A DNA stretch of 64,000 bases from the human T2T-CHM13v2.0 reference genome, Homo sapiens. Positions 15,224 through 27,559 of this stretch are shown here, piece by piece. Position 1 is the stretch's first letter. Each line of letters begins with the position of its first letter. The position numbers and the translations under genes were made by a program. Location: assembly GCF_009914755.1 (NCBI RefSeq), contig NC_060947.1, one strand, 5' to 3'. The notes under the pieces are model-generated. The model worked only from the letters and a program-made list of their open reading frames with translations, did not search any database and was not told the DNA's origin.

Positions 15224-15582
15224 CAGGCCCTAGGTGGATGGTTTTTCTGTCTTAATTAAATCTGGGAGCAATGATGGTAGAATTTTTTCTATACTGGAAC
15301 AAACAATTGAGAGTTATTTATTTATTCTGTTTAATTACACTAGGCAGTGTCAGCTCTTCAAAGCAGAAAAATTCAAATAACTTCCTAGAATTTCAGAATA
15401 TAAAATTAATACATAATTTTACCACCCAGAGATAACCACTGTTAACACTTGAATATTTTATTTAGTATTTATTTTCATTGTTTTCTAATATTAATAATAA
15501 AAGTAATTTTAGAAAGTACAGAGAATCAAAAAGAAGGAAATCAAAGTCATTCCAAATTTTACTATATTGCTATTTTTCAGTC

Positions 15583-15590
15583 TGTGTGTA

Positions 15591-15622
<32 letters not shown>
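15583..15622. repeat. (TG)n microsatellite
   Basis: Direct reading. Confidence 0.9.
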
Positions 15623-15624
<2 letters not shown>

Positions 15625-15696
15625 TCATAGTCCTTTATAATCTGAGCTTTGTAATTTAATAATATTTTATAAATGTCTTTCATCTAAAATAATACC

Positions 15697-16265
15697 TCTA
15701 TTAGTTTTCTATTTCAATGTAACAAATTACCACAAATTCAGAGGCTAAAAACAACACATATTAGTTATCTTACAGTTTCCATGAATCAGGAGTTCAGGCA
15801 CAGTTTAGCTTGATTCTCTGCTCAGAGTCTCACAAGGTTGCTAGCATGAGGTAGGTCAAGCTGTGTTCTCATCTGGAGGTTTGACTGGGGAAGAATTCTC
15901 ATCTAAGCTCATTTGGGTTGTTGACGCAATTTATTTTCTTGAAGCTGTATGACTGAGGGCCTGGCTTCTTCCCGGCTGTTGAATGGAGGCTGCCCTTAGG
16001 TCCTAGAGGCCATCCACAGTTGCCTGCCAGGTGGCCCTCTCTGTAGGCAGTTCATAACATGGTGGTTTGTTTCCTTAAGGCCTGTAAGATAAGTATTATA
16101 TCTCTATCTCTATCTATCATAATCTAACCACAAGAGTGACACCTCATCACCTTTAACATATTCTATTTGTTAGAAGCAAGTCTCAGGTCCTGCTCACACT
16201 CCACAAGTGGAGAGCATTACACAGGGTGTGAACATGAAGCTACTCTAGGATCCATTTGCCATACA
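15697..16265 (-). mobile_element. MLT1D-like MaLR LTR
   Basis: TATTAGTTTTCTA...TAACAAATTACCACAAA...TCTTACAGTT antisense LTR 3' end. Confidence 0.7.
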
Positions 16266-16950
16266 CCACTTAGAATTGAGCCACACTATTTCTGCTTTTG
16301 ATACACTATTTAATGAATCCCTTATATTTGAACCTTAGTGTTCCAATATATTTTTGTCATTTTAAATAAAACTGCAGTGATCACCCTATTACCCTTGTGG
16401 TTCAATCTTTTCATAGGCCCTTAATTATTCCATTTTCACAAATTATAAAAGATGGATTTGTTGGGTTAAAAAGTTCACATATTTTAGAGGCAATTGATAG
16501 TGTTGCTAAATTGCTCCCTAGATCAATTTCCCCGGGTGGTGTAGGAGGGCGCAGGAGGCATTTTAGCAAACTAACCTAAGTTAACATTTGTAAAGTGCTT
16601 GAATAATCCTGGGCACACTGAAAGGTCATATGTACATATTAAGTCAAATGAATTAAAAAAAAAAAAGAATTGAGTTACTTCATCCTCACAACAACCCTGT
16701 AAAGTAGGTACTAATGCTTTTCCCATTTTATAGAAGATGAGGCCAGAAGGGTAGGCAAAAGGTGACTGACTTAAATACCAAAGGCCTGAACTGCATCCCA
16801 GCTTCTTCACTCATCAAGCATATGACTAAGCAAATTATTCTTCCTGTCTGAGTTTATTGTCTCCTTTGTCAAATAGGGTTAACAGCACTTACACTACCTC
16901 GCGTACATCAAGGGAGTTAATGCTTGGGCCCGTACTTGAAAGCTGTAGAC

Positions 16951-17127
16951 CAGCGATTCTCACCTCTGGTTGCACAGTGGAATCACCTGGGGAGCTTTAA
17001 AAATGACAGATGCCAGGGTCCTGACCCCAGAAATTCTGATGTAATTGGTCAGGGTCGTGGCCTGGGTATCAGGATTTTTTAAGGCTCCCAGGTGATTCTA
17101 ATGTGCAGCCAGGGTTGAGACCCACTG
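16951..17127. mobile_element. MER5-family (hAT-Charlie) MITE
   Basis: TIR-like ends CAGCGATTCTCA / TGAGACCCACTG; internal GAATCACCTGGGGAGC...GCTCCCAGGTGATTC palindrome. Confidence 0.85.
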
Positions 17128-17157
17128 CTAGAGCCACCCACGTTTGCCAGGGATTAT

Positions 17158-17337
17158 TTCTGCATACAGCTGAGGAAGCAACATTCAGTTCTTGTTCTCT
17201 GTTCTGAGCTGTCAGGAAATGGCCTGCTAGGGTCAGGCTGGAATCAAACCTCTGTCTTAAACTCCAGAGTCAACTCAGTCTGCTAAGTTAGTTTGGGAAG
17301 CCATCAATTACCTGCTGTTTTACCCTCCGGTGTGGGT
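17158..17337 (+). repeat. Left arm of 180-bp inverted duplication of apparently unique sequence
   Basis: Hand alignment to reverse complement of 18936-19115: 167/180 identical, no gaps. Confidence 0.95.
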
Positions 17338-17404
17338 CCCTGGGCAGCGGGGCATCAACCTCAGCTGTGCTGGCAGGGCTGCTTTTCAATGGAGCCTGCT
17401 GTCA

Positions 17405-17439
17405 CTGCTGCTGCCGCCGCCGCTGCTGCTGCTGCTGCT
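17405..17439. repeat. Compound trinucleotide repeat (CTG)3(CCG)3(CTG)5
   Basis: Direct reading. Confidence 0.95.
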
Positions 17440-18261
17440 ATTTTTCTAGAAGCCAAAGCAGATCCTCACATCAGAGCTTCAGCTCCCTGCTGCCTGTCAG
17501 TCACAGCTGCATGACTGAGACTGAGGGACCAGATGCCTGGCTGCCCGCCACTGGAGCTGGGTAGCAGATTTGCTGAGGTGTCTTTGGGGCCAGGCCAGCC
17601 TTCCAGTTCACTGTGAAGGCTGGAGATGAATTTCTCTGGGCAGCCAAATGCAGTTCGAAATGAACGTGATCAATCAAGGGAATGAAAGCCTTGGTCAAGT
17701 GGCCCCAGCATGACAGAGAAGGCCAGCACCAGCCTCTGCCTTTCTCCTACGCTTGAGAAATTGGGAGAAGGTACTTGTGTGTGCCATTTTGCTGAGGTCA
17801 AACACTGCCCAGTGATTATGGGGGAAACGGTGGTGTAGAGAAAGACAAGGAAGAAAATGGAAAACTCTTATTTCAGGCAGGCCTACTAGGTGTCAGGCAT
17901 TGTATGGGCACATTAAATGCATAACCTCATTGAATCTGAGTGATAGAACCACAAGAATTAGACACGGTTATCTCCATTTTACAGATAAAGAAGCTGAGCC
18001 GTAGAGAGGAAGCCTCCTTGTGAGGTCACATCACTAGCAAAGGACAAAAGCAGAATTCATGCTTTCACCTGCTGGCCTGCATAGCACTTGTTTTTTGCAT
18101 ACCACCCTGCTTCTCAAATTGGGAAGGGACATTTTTGATCCAGGTAGCTAGTTTTTTTGTGTGAGTTTCTTTGCCTCTCATTAGGGTTGTTGCCATCAGG
18201 GCCCATCCTTGGCTCAATAGTGCAATACTGAAGGTTGCTTTTGTCATGGTCCAACTTCTTC

Positions 18262-18650
18262 ATTGAATTAATTTAGGCAATGTTAGCTGCTATAACAGAC
18301 AAACCCCCAATTCTGAGGGGCCTAACACAATAGACATTTATTTCTTGCTCACATAAAGTCCAGCTGGCCGTGTGAGAATGAAGGTTTTGCTCCATGCAGT
18401 CATGCAGAGATCCAGGTCCCTTCTGTCTGAGGCTCTACCCTCCCCTAGAGCTTCAGTGTCATCCACTAGGTCTTCTGCCTCAGAAAGGCAGGTGGGGGAA
18501 GGAAGCATGGAGGATCCTGTAGGAGGTTCCACAGCCCAGGTGAGGACACAGTACACCTTACTTCTGTCCACATTCCATTAGCCAGAACTCAGTCACATGT
18601 CAATGCCTAAGCCAAGGCAGGATGGGGAATACATCTAGCTGTGTGCCACC
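18262..18650 (-). mobile_element. MLT1K/L-type MaLR LTR, probably resuming at ~19113-19160
   Basis: TTAGCTGCTATAACAGACAAACCCC...CACATTCCATTAGCCAGAACTCAGTCACATG. Confidence 0.65.
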
Positions 18651-18935
18651 CAATAACCAGCACCCACGTCTTGGTTGGGGGGGCTGCCCTAGGCTGCCAG
18701 AATCTGCTTGGTCCTTGGGTACAGACAGCTGGGATAGCCCATTGACAAAATGGCTGATGGGTACAGGGTGTAAACTCCCCCTTGTCCCCTGATGGAGACA
18801 CTATCTCCAGAGCACTGCTGTGGGATTAAGTCAAAGGTTTATCTCCATGGGGTCTTCCCTGATGCACCCTTGCTTGGCCTCCTTCCCTTCTCAGTGCTAC
18901 TTCTACAATCCTCAACTGGCTTTTAATACAGATTT

Positions 18936-19115
18936 ACCCACACCAGAGGGTAAAGCAGCAGGTAATTGATGGCTTCCCAAGCTAACTAAGCAGACTGAGT
19001 TGACTCTGGAGTGTTACACAGAGATTTGATTCCAGCCTGACCCTAGTGGGCCATTTCCTGACAGCTCAGAGCAGAGAACAAGGACTGAATGTTGCTTCCT
19101 CAGCAGTATGCAGAA
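18936..19115 (-). repeat. Right arm of 180-bp inverted duplication
   Basis: Reverse complement of 17158-17337 with 13 substitutions. Confidence 0.95.
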
Positions 19116-21264
19116 GAGAAGGAAATAGATTTCAGTGAACGTAGAGTAGCTCTGTTTACAACCACGTATGCCCCTGAAGTCTCTTCATTCTTGAGGCCTT
19201 ACCTTCTTGATCTTACCCACACCCTCTCCAGAAACCCATCCTACACTTCATTTCAGTGCTCCTCTAATTGATAATTACCTTCTACCAAATTTCTGCCCTT
19301 CGTGCATAGGTCAGGGCAGGAACACCAAGGGTACCCAGTCATGGCTCTGCTGAAGGTCTCTATGGGGCCACCTCACACCCAAGTGGCACTTTGGCTAAAG
19401 ACCATGGGCCTCTCACAAGACCTCTGGCCCACCTTCTGCTGGCCTGTCAGAGGCAGGAGTCAATAATGGGGAGGCTGCCGGCCCTTGGCTTATCTCTTCG
19501 TTTGACTAATGATGATGAATGTCAGTGTGTGACTCCGAAATCCCCGACTGCTTTTCCTGCAGTGTCTCCTCCTCGGTGTGTTTTCTTTCTTCCTTAGCTC
19601 TGCTGGCTTCAGACCCCAGGGAAATGATGAGTTTCACAGTGATGGACGGTAGGGATTTTTCACAGCTGCTAATTCTGAAATCCCAAGTCAGCAGGATCTG
19701 TGCTACCAAGACACATGATTTAGAGGCACTCCATTAAGACTGAAAGTGTTCCCTTAGAATTTCCATAACCCTCTGTGATCAAGGACGCTTATACCTTTAA
19801 ATTTCCTTCAGAACAAATATGGCAGGGAAGGGCCCAGTTGATGTCAAATGAGCATTCTTTTGCTAGCTCCCTTTCCCAGGTGAAAGTGCTCCCAAATCCT
19901 TTCTCATTGGAACGCGAGGAGGAGTGGTCAGGACTCAAACCTGTGTGCCTTTTCCATGACACTTTTCAGAAACACGAGGGCCAGCCCAAGCAAAGTTTAT
20001 CTGTGATGCTACTTTCAGTAGCTTCCAGGAGACCTATTTGCATTTTAGTGGGGACGACCTTGGTCTAGAAAACATAGAGGGGCTCATTACCTTGCCAAGA
20101 ATAGAGAGAAACAGGGCAGTTGCTGAGGGGAGGCAGGCCTTGTGGCTTATGGCTGAACTGGGAGGCAAGCTGGCCCAGATGCCTGTCATCAGATGGTGTA
20201 TGCAAAGGTCTGAGGCTCTTAAGCAAACTTCTCTTTTCTGCTCCCCTCCAATCAATCACTTGAACAAAAAATCCCTATCTCAGGCTCTGCTGCTGGGAAA
20301 CATAACCTGAGACCTACTTAGGGTTAGATTAATGCCAGCTGTTTCAGTTTTCGCTTGCTGCCTTAACCTGCTACACTAGGCCTGCGAATTTGGGAAATAA
20401 GTAGAGAGAAACCTAAAGTCAAGGGGTGTCCTACCTACAGCTTATATGACTGAAAAAATATCAGGAGTTGGGGGAGAAGTTGCCCTGGATCTCGGCCAAG
20501 AGTGTGTCTGCTGTCAGTGTCTGGTCTCAACTCTACAGGCCTAATCCTCCAGAATGAAGGAGGAACAGACATTTGGAACTCCATTAAGGGGTTACCTGCC
20601 AAGTGGGGGTTGCGAGGGCACAGGTGTAGGAGGATGGAATGTGGGTATGGGGATTGTTCTTTGGAGATGAAACTGTTAACTAAAAGTAGTAAACCCCCAA
20701 AGTAGATGTAGCCACAGAGGAAGGCCATGGTTTATGTTTTTGGTAAATAGAGGAGACATCTAAGTGGAATAAATAAGCAAGGCCAAAAACCCAAGAACAT
20801 TTTTTTAATGTAATATTCTGAAATGCACTCATGGCCTCACTTTGCACAGTAACACACTTACCTCCGGGGCTTTGTCTGACCATGTAACCTTGTTCATTTA
20901 TGTGGTAGGGAGCTTTTCTGCCCAGCTAATCTTTCATTCTTCCAGTCTCCTGGTTTGAACTGCTCCATTCTGTCAAACCAAAACTGTAAAAAGAAGAAAA
21001 GCATAGAATAAAAAGCTGAGCTGAGATGCTTTTCCTTTCTTTGCTGACTGTGAATTATTGTGGTTGAATGATAACTCCCTCTGGGATAGATGGTAAATGA
21101 TGAATGGGAGCTGCAGTGCTAGACTGACATCTTCTGGAAGGGAGTTGGTTGCCAAGGCCATTAGGAAGTCCCTGTGGGTCCCTAGACCCCTTGTCTTTAA
21201 CTTTGCTACGCTATGGGCATAAAGACATCTCACCACAGACAGGGGCTCTTGAAGTCTTTGGATA

Positions 21265-21521
21265 GGCCAGGCGCGGTGGCTCACGCCTGTAATCCCAGCA
21301 CTTTCGGAGGCCAAGGCGGGTGGATCATGATGTCAGGAGATCAAGATCATCCTGGCCAACATGGTGAAACCCTGTCTCTACTAAAAATACAAAAATTAGC
21401 CAGGTGTGGTGGCGTCGGAGGCAGGAGAATTGCTTGAACCTGGGAGGTGGAGGTTGCATTGAGCTGAGATCATGCCAGCCTGGCAACAGAGCGAGACTCG
21501 GTCTCAAAAAAAAAAAAAAAA
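21265..21521 (+). mobile_element. AluSc-like SINE with two internal deletions in the right arm
   Basis: GGAGATCAAGATCATCCTGGCCAACATGG; TSD AAGT(C/A)TTTGGATA. Confidence 0.93.
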
Positions 21522-21737
21522 GTATTTGGATAATCCTGGTAGGTTAATTTCCATAAAGTTTAGTGCACAGTTGGCTCCCCTGTTCAGTCTTTTCTTGACT
21601 TGGTTTGCATACACCAAATCCAACCCTAAGAGATGACTCCACTCACATACTAATGAAACAACATCACATTATGGAGTGAAAAAACAGACCAGCTTTTTAA
21701 TCTTAGTTTCATCACTTACTAGCTCTGTGATCTTTGT

Positions 21738-22322
21738 CTGGCAGGACTGTATTTTCCAAAGGTGGCTGCAGTAGTAGCTTCTATCTTACATGTTCTTCTA
21801 GAACTTTGCCTTCCTCCATCAAAAGGTGGAATCTAATGCCCCTCCCTTTGGAGCTGGCTGGGTGGATTTGTGACTATTTCCACAAATAGAATGTGGTGGG
21901 AAGTGATGTTGCATGACTTCAGAGGTTAGCTTCTAAAAGGATCATACAACTTCTACTAGATTCTTTTGAGACACTCACTCTTAGAACTCAGTCACCATGC
22001 TATGAGAAAGCCTAAGCAGCCTGTGGAGTGGCCTAAGTGGAGAGAAACCAAGGACACTGACCCACGATCCTGACTCAGCTCCTAACTGACAGCTGACACC
22101 AGCTTACCAACCATATAAGTGAACCATCTTGAAAGTAGATCTTCCACAGCCCAGTTGAGCTGCCCCAAATGATACCACTGAAAACAGAGATGATCCATCC
22201 CTGCTGAGTCCTTCCTGAATTGGATATTTGAGGGCATACATAAATTATTATTATTTTTAACAATAAACTTTAATAATGAGTTTTGGGGTGGTTTGTTGCA
22301 CAGTAATAATAGGTAACTGCAA
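21738..22322 (+). mobile_element. MLT1F/G-type MaLR LTR
   Basis: GGTGGAATCTAATGCCCCTCCC...GTTTTGGGGTGGTTTGTTGCACAGTAATAATAGGTAACTG. Confidence 0.7.
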
Positions 22323-23224
22323 CATTTGGGACCCAAGAGTCCCACATTTCAGAATACATTTTATAGATATAACATCATCAGTAGATCTATAAGGATGTCT
22401 TTGTGCTATGGCTGTAAGGGGAAAAAAACCCTTGAAGCAACCAGAACACCAGGCCATTAGAAATGATTGCACAAATTGTATATCCTGTTTGTACCTTAGA
22501 CTGTGCAGTTATTGCAAAGAATCAGTTAGCTCTATATTAATTGCCTTAGAGAGATGGCTATGATGTATTGTTAAGGTAGAAAAACACGTTGCAGAGTAAT
22601 TTATAACATGATCCAACTTTTGTAAAAATGAACAGCAATTAACTCCCTCTGTACATGTGTATATATGTTTGTAGGAGTATGGAGAATTTCATAGAAAGAC
22701 ACATACCCTGATGATAACATTAGATACATCAGCAATATATGGGAGTGGGGCAGGCAGGAATCATGGTCGCAGTGGTGATACTGAGGAGGGTCTTAGGGTA
22801 AAAATATTAAATTTATACATCTTTGGATTGTTTCACTTGGTACAATGACCATGTCTTGTTTTTGAAATAAAGAAAGTGCAGGAAAGGAAAAGAAACTTTC
22901 CTACTAAGTTTAAGAAAGAAAGGAATAAAGGGCATGGAACTTGGAAACTGACAGATCTAGATTTGAATCCCAGATCTGCTATATACTAAGCGATCTTGAG
23001 CAAGCTACCTGACCTCCCTGGGCTTCTGTTTCCTCACCTGGAAAAAGGAAAAATAACAATGCCTACTTTGCAGTGTAATTGTGAGGATTAAAGGAGAACA
23101 TCATTTTGTGTGATTACCCTCAAAATAAGCCTTAGTTCCGCATATCCAGTCTCGGTTGATGTTCCACCTGAAAAACATAGTCCAACAGACAAAAAAGAAA
23201 GAAATTAGCACTTCAGGCTTTGGT

Positions 23225-23256
<32 letters not shown>

Positions 23257-23277
23257 GCACACACACATGCACACACA
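23225..23277. repeat. (CT)n(CA)n compound microsatellite
   Basis: Direct reading. Confidence 0.9.
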
Positions 23278-23894
23278 GAAATGCCAAAAGAAAATTGTGG
23301 GGGCAAGTAAAATGTTACAACACTTCGTCAAAATCCTTTCGCCTACCACTTTTCCTGTCAGTAACCTCCACACAGATGATAGTGATGATGATGATGCTAA
23401 TGATGATGATTCATTAATCCTTGACTGTGTGCCAGAAACTTTGTGTTTTACATGTATTATCACATCTCAATGTCAAAAATAGGTAAGCAGCAGAGTGCCA
23501 GGATTGTTACCCAGGCAGTCTGGCTGCAAAACCAGCCTTCTTAACCATGCTGTCTCTTGCTGGCACCCTCAAATTCACTTTCTCTACCTCTCAAATCCCC
23601 AATATTTCAATCAGAAATATTTTGAAATATATCTCTTTTCTCCCACTCAGTTCTTCCTTGCCTAAAAGTATACTGTCTTCATTCCAGGCTGGACATAGTA
23701 CCTGGACTTCTCTTCATGATCATGGACCATGTAGGGCTGCCCTAGACTAGAAGCCCTGGAGACTTCTGGCCCTGCTCCTCCCTCACCCCCCTAGGGGGAA
23801 GCATAAGGAGTCTTTAACATGGTCCTTCTCTCACTGTGACCTCTAAGGGAAATTATCGTGGACAAATAGGTGAACAACATTTTCTGTCTCAGGC

Positions 23895-24275
23895 TATGGT
23901 AGGTTGCAAGGATGGTCACAAATTCTTCCCTTCCCTGTATCCACACTCTTGCAATGTTTGTGGAGCTGGTCTGGCCATGTGACTTGATTCAGTCAATGGG
24001 ACAATAGCAATCATGACATAAGGAGACTCAAAAAGTGCCTGCATAATGGGGCTTGCTACTACAGGACCCTTCCACTATGTGACCAAGCCTGGGCTAGCCT
24101 GCTGGAGAATGCAAGACCACATGGAAGAGAACCAAGGAGCCTCAGCTGACTAGCAGCTGACTGGTGATGCACAGCAGGCCCAGCAATCTGCTGAGCCTGG
24201 CCTAGCTCAGGAACAGTGCACAGCTGAATCCAATTCAAATTGCCATCTATAGACTCATGTGCTCAATAGTGGTTG
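23895..24275 (+). mobile_element. MLT1H-type MaLR LTR fragment
   Basis: GGCCATGTGACTTG...AAGCCTGGGCTAGCCTGCTGGAG motifs. Confidence 0.6.
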
Positions 24276-24529
24276 ATCCATAGTTAGCTTTATGTAAAGC
24301 ATTCAGGACATACAAATAGGTACTCAATAAACATGAGTTTTCTTTTTCCCCTTTCCCTTGCTCCATAATCACTCTTTCTCTTAAACTGATAAAGGTAAGG
24401 CCATTCAAGTAAAACTACACAGTTAGCCAATTCAAGTAGGGCCTGTGACTTTTTGTTCACATGGGTATTTTCTTGGCCAGCACAAGTCGTGCTTGAACTG
24501 ACTGCCTCTTTCTGTCTGTAGCTGAGCAT

Positions 24530-24751
24530 ATTTTCCCAAAAATGGCCATAATATTTCCAGTTTCACATGCTCTTCCAGAATCTTGCTATTCCCCTATCAA
24601 CAGGAGGAGTCTATGTTGTTTCCCCCTGAATATCGGGTGGGACTTTGCAACAGCCTCAAGGAATAGAATACAGTGTTATTTATGATTAGTAATAATAGAC
24701 TTCAAAGGCTAGGTCATAAAAGGCAATACATCTTCTACCTAGTGTGCTCTG

Positions 24752-24801
<50 letters not shown>

Positions 24802-25025
24802 ATCTATCTATCTATCTTAGGACAGGCTCCATTGGAGTCCTGAGCTGCCCATGTAAGAAGTCTGGCTACCGTGTGGCTGACATGTTGGAGAAGCCACATG
24901 GAGAGACCTCATAGAAGTAGAGAGAGATGCCTGCGGAGCCCCAGTTTTTCAGCCCAGGCACTGGAAATTTGACCGAATAAGGTTGCCAGATGAACAGCCA
25001 CAGCACCACTCTAACTGCAACCACC
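24530..25025 (+). mobile_element. MLT1-type MaLR LTR fragment hosting a TCTA STR
   Basis: GGAGTCTATGTT...GGCTAGGTCATAAAAGGCAATACA...CCATGTAAGAAGTCTGGCTACC. Confidence 0.6.
24748..24816. repeat. Tetranucleotide STR [TCTG]1[TCTA]12 TCA [TCTA]3
   Basis: Direct reading and counting. Confidence 0.95.
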
Positions 25026-26164
25026 TCTTCTGGAGCAACAGGTAACTTTACCATGATAGTTTCAGACATAGTCTCCATGCCCTATGCAGTTGGCAGCTTT
25101 TTTCCTTATGTACATAATCCACAGTTGAGAACTCAAGGCTGCTGCTGGCCAAGGGGACAGTGAGCATGACAGCCAGTCATTAGTAAACAACAGAAGTACA
25201 GTCAGAACTCACAGAGTCAGAAAATTAGGAAGGGAGTGCTGAATTAGGGAAAATCAGAAATAAAATTATTTTTGTCCATTTTAAAATGGAATGTTATTTT
25301 GCGTCTTTCAAATAGTCACACTAACAAAGACATGCAGCCCAGTGACTGGCATTGCAAGGGCATTTGACGTGAAACAAGAATAGTTAACACTGAGCGAGCA
25401 CCTACTACGTACCAGGAGCTGTCCTGAGTATTTTAATCATCACACACCACCATATGGGAGGTACTATTATTACCTCATTTCAAAAAATCTGCCAAGCATC
25501 AAACAAGTAGTAAATGGCACAGTTGAAATTTGAATCTGGCAGACTGGCTCCAGAGTCCATGATTTTAATCAGCAAACTATACAGTTTCTTGATAATTGTT
25601 AAACAAACCAATGTTTCCAAATTAACTTCTAAAAAAAAATAACATTTTAAGCAAGTGGTTTATAAGCAAATGTGGATATCTTGGGAGACTATAATGGGAA
25701 TTCTGGTGAAAAATGTTCAAAGGAGGAATGTTCCCTGAAGGAGGTTCTGCCTTCAGAGAACTTACTAGGGAAAATTTGAATCCTATTCACAAAATTGTAA
25801 AAACAGGAATTATGAACCAAATACTCTATTCCACACACAGCTGATGCTGGATTTATGTTTTATCCGCTTTAGTAAGTATGAGGAAAACTTCATATGCCTA
25901 TTATTAATAATTAACAATAAAAACCTGTATGAAATATGAAGAAATGATACACTTATTCACTACATTGTACCCCAAAAATATATATAATTACTGTCAATTA
26001 AAAATAAAATTAAACCAAAAAAACTCCTCAATAAAAGTTGTAGAATAAGTATATGAAGAGTAAAGCAATACCAGTGACCTAAAGTTTATTAGACCCATGG
26101 ATCAAGTTACAAAATTTTGCTTCAAGCCAGCATATGTGCTGTATGAGGCATTCCTTCTAAAATA

Positions 26165-26640
26165 ATTACAGAATCTGATCCCTTCTCACGACCACCACTG
26201 ATACTTCTCTAGTCTAAGCAGCATCTTCCCTCCCCTGGACCTTACAACAGCCTCCTAACCAGGCTTCCTGCTTCCACTCTTGTAATTCTACAATCCATCC
26301 TCCACCCTGCAGCCAGAGGGAACTCTAAAAGATGGAGATGAGATGATGTCATTCTTCTGTTTAAAGCCCTCCAGTGGTTTCTTACTGAACTTTGCTCACC
26401 TTTCTGACTTCCCCTCTGGCCACATTTTCCCTCTCTCACCAGTCCAGCCACACTGGCCTTTATGCTGTTTCTTGAAAACACACCTAACAGGGTTTGACTT
26501 GCAATTTCCTTTGCCCTAAGGCCTTCACGTAACTGGCTCCTTCCTTTCATTTGGATCTCTGCAAACAGGTCACCTCTTTAGAGAGGTCTTCCCCAAATAT
26601 GTTACCCATAGTACTTCTCCATCACCTCATCCTCTTTGTT
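26165..26640 (+). mobile_element. L2a 3' region, continuing at ~27470-27545 and ~28060-28120 after younger insertions
   Basis: ACAACAGCCTCCTAACCAGGCTTCCTGCTTCCA...CAGCCAGAGGGA...GTCACCTCTTTAGAGAGGTCTTCCC. Confidence 0.7.
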
Positions 26641-26642
26641 TC

Positions 26643-27458
26643 TTTTTTTTTTTTTATACTTTAAGTTTTAGGGTACATGTGCACAATGTGCAGGTTAGTT
26701 ACATATGTATACATGTGACATGCTGGTGCGCTGCACCCACTAACTTGTCATCTAGCATTAGGTATATCTCCCAGTGCTATCACTCCCCCCTCCCCCCACC
26801 CCACAACAGTCCCCAGAGTGTGATGTTCCCCTTCCTGTGTCCAAGTGTTCTCATTGTTCAATTCCCACCTATGAGTGAGAATATGTGGTGTTTGGTTTTT
26901 TGTTCTTGCGATAGTTTACTGAGAATGATGATTTCCAGTTTCATCCATGTCCCTACAAAGGACATGAACTCATCATTTTTTATGGCTGCATAGTATTCCA
27001 TGGTGTATATGTGCCACATTTTCTTAATCCAGTCTATCATTGTTGGACATTTGGGTTGGTTCCAAGTCTTTGCTATTGTGAATAGTGCCACAATAAACAT
27101 ACGTGTGCATGTGTCTTTATAGCAGCATGATTTATAGTCCTTTGGGTATATACCCAGTAATGGGATGGCTGGGTCAACTGGTATTTCTAGTTCTAGATCC
27201 CTGAGGAATCGCCACACTGACTTCCACAATGGTTGAACTAGTTTACAGTCCCACCAACAGTGTAAAAGTGTTCCTATTTCTCCACACCCTCTCCAGCACC
27301 TGTTGTTTCCTGACTTTTTAATGATTGCCATTCCAACTGGTGTGAGATGATATCTCATTGTGGTTTTGATTTGCATTTCTCTGATGGCCAGTGATGGTGA
27401 GCATTTTTTCATGTGTTTTTTGGCTGCATAAATGTCTTCTTTTGAGAAGTGTCTGTTC
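26643..27458 (-). mobile_element. 5'-truncated young L1PA (L1PA2/3-like): ORF2 C-terminus plus 3'UTR
   Basis: ORF 26858-27412 is the L1 ORF2 cysteine-rich C-terminus ([26 protein letters not shown]); poly(A) tail; approximate TSD TTTGTTTCTTTT. Confidence 0.96.
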
Positions 27459-27559
27459 TCTGTTTGTTTCTTTTAATGTACGTGTTACAATCCATATTAT
27501 CATGGCCATCTATTTGTTTTCTTCTTTACTTTCTGTCTTCCCCATATCAGTTAGTTTCC

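Noticed and set aside
26858-27412. Longest ORF (184 aa)
   Set aside because: C-terminal fragment of L1 ORF2 in a 5'-truncated L1PA; not a host gene
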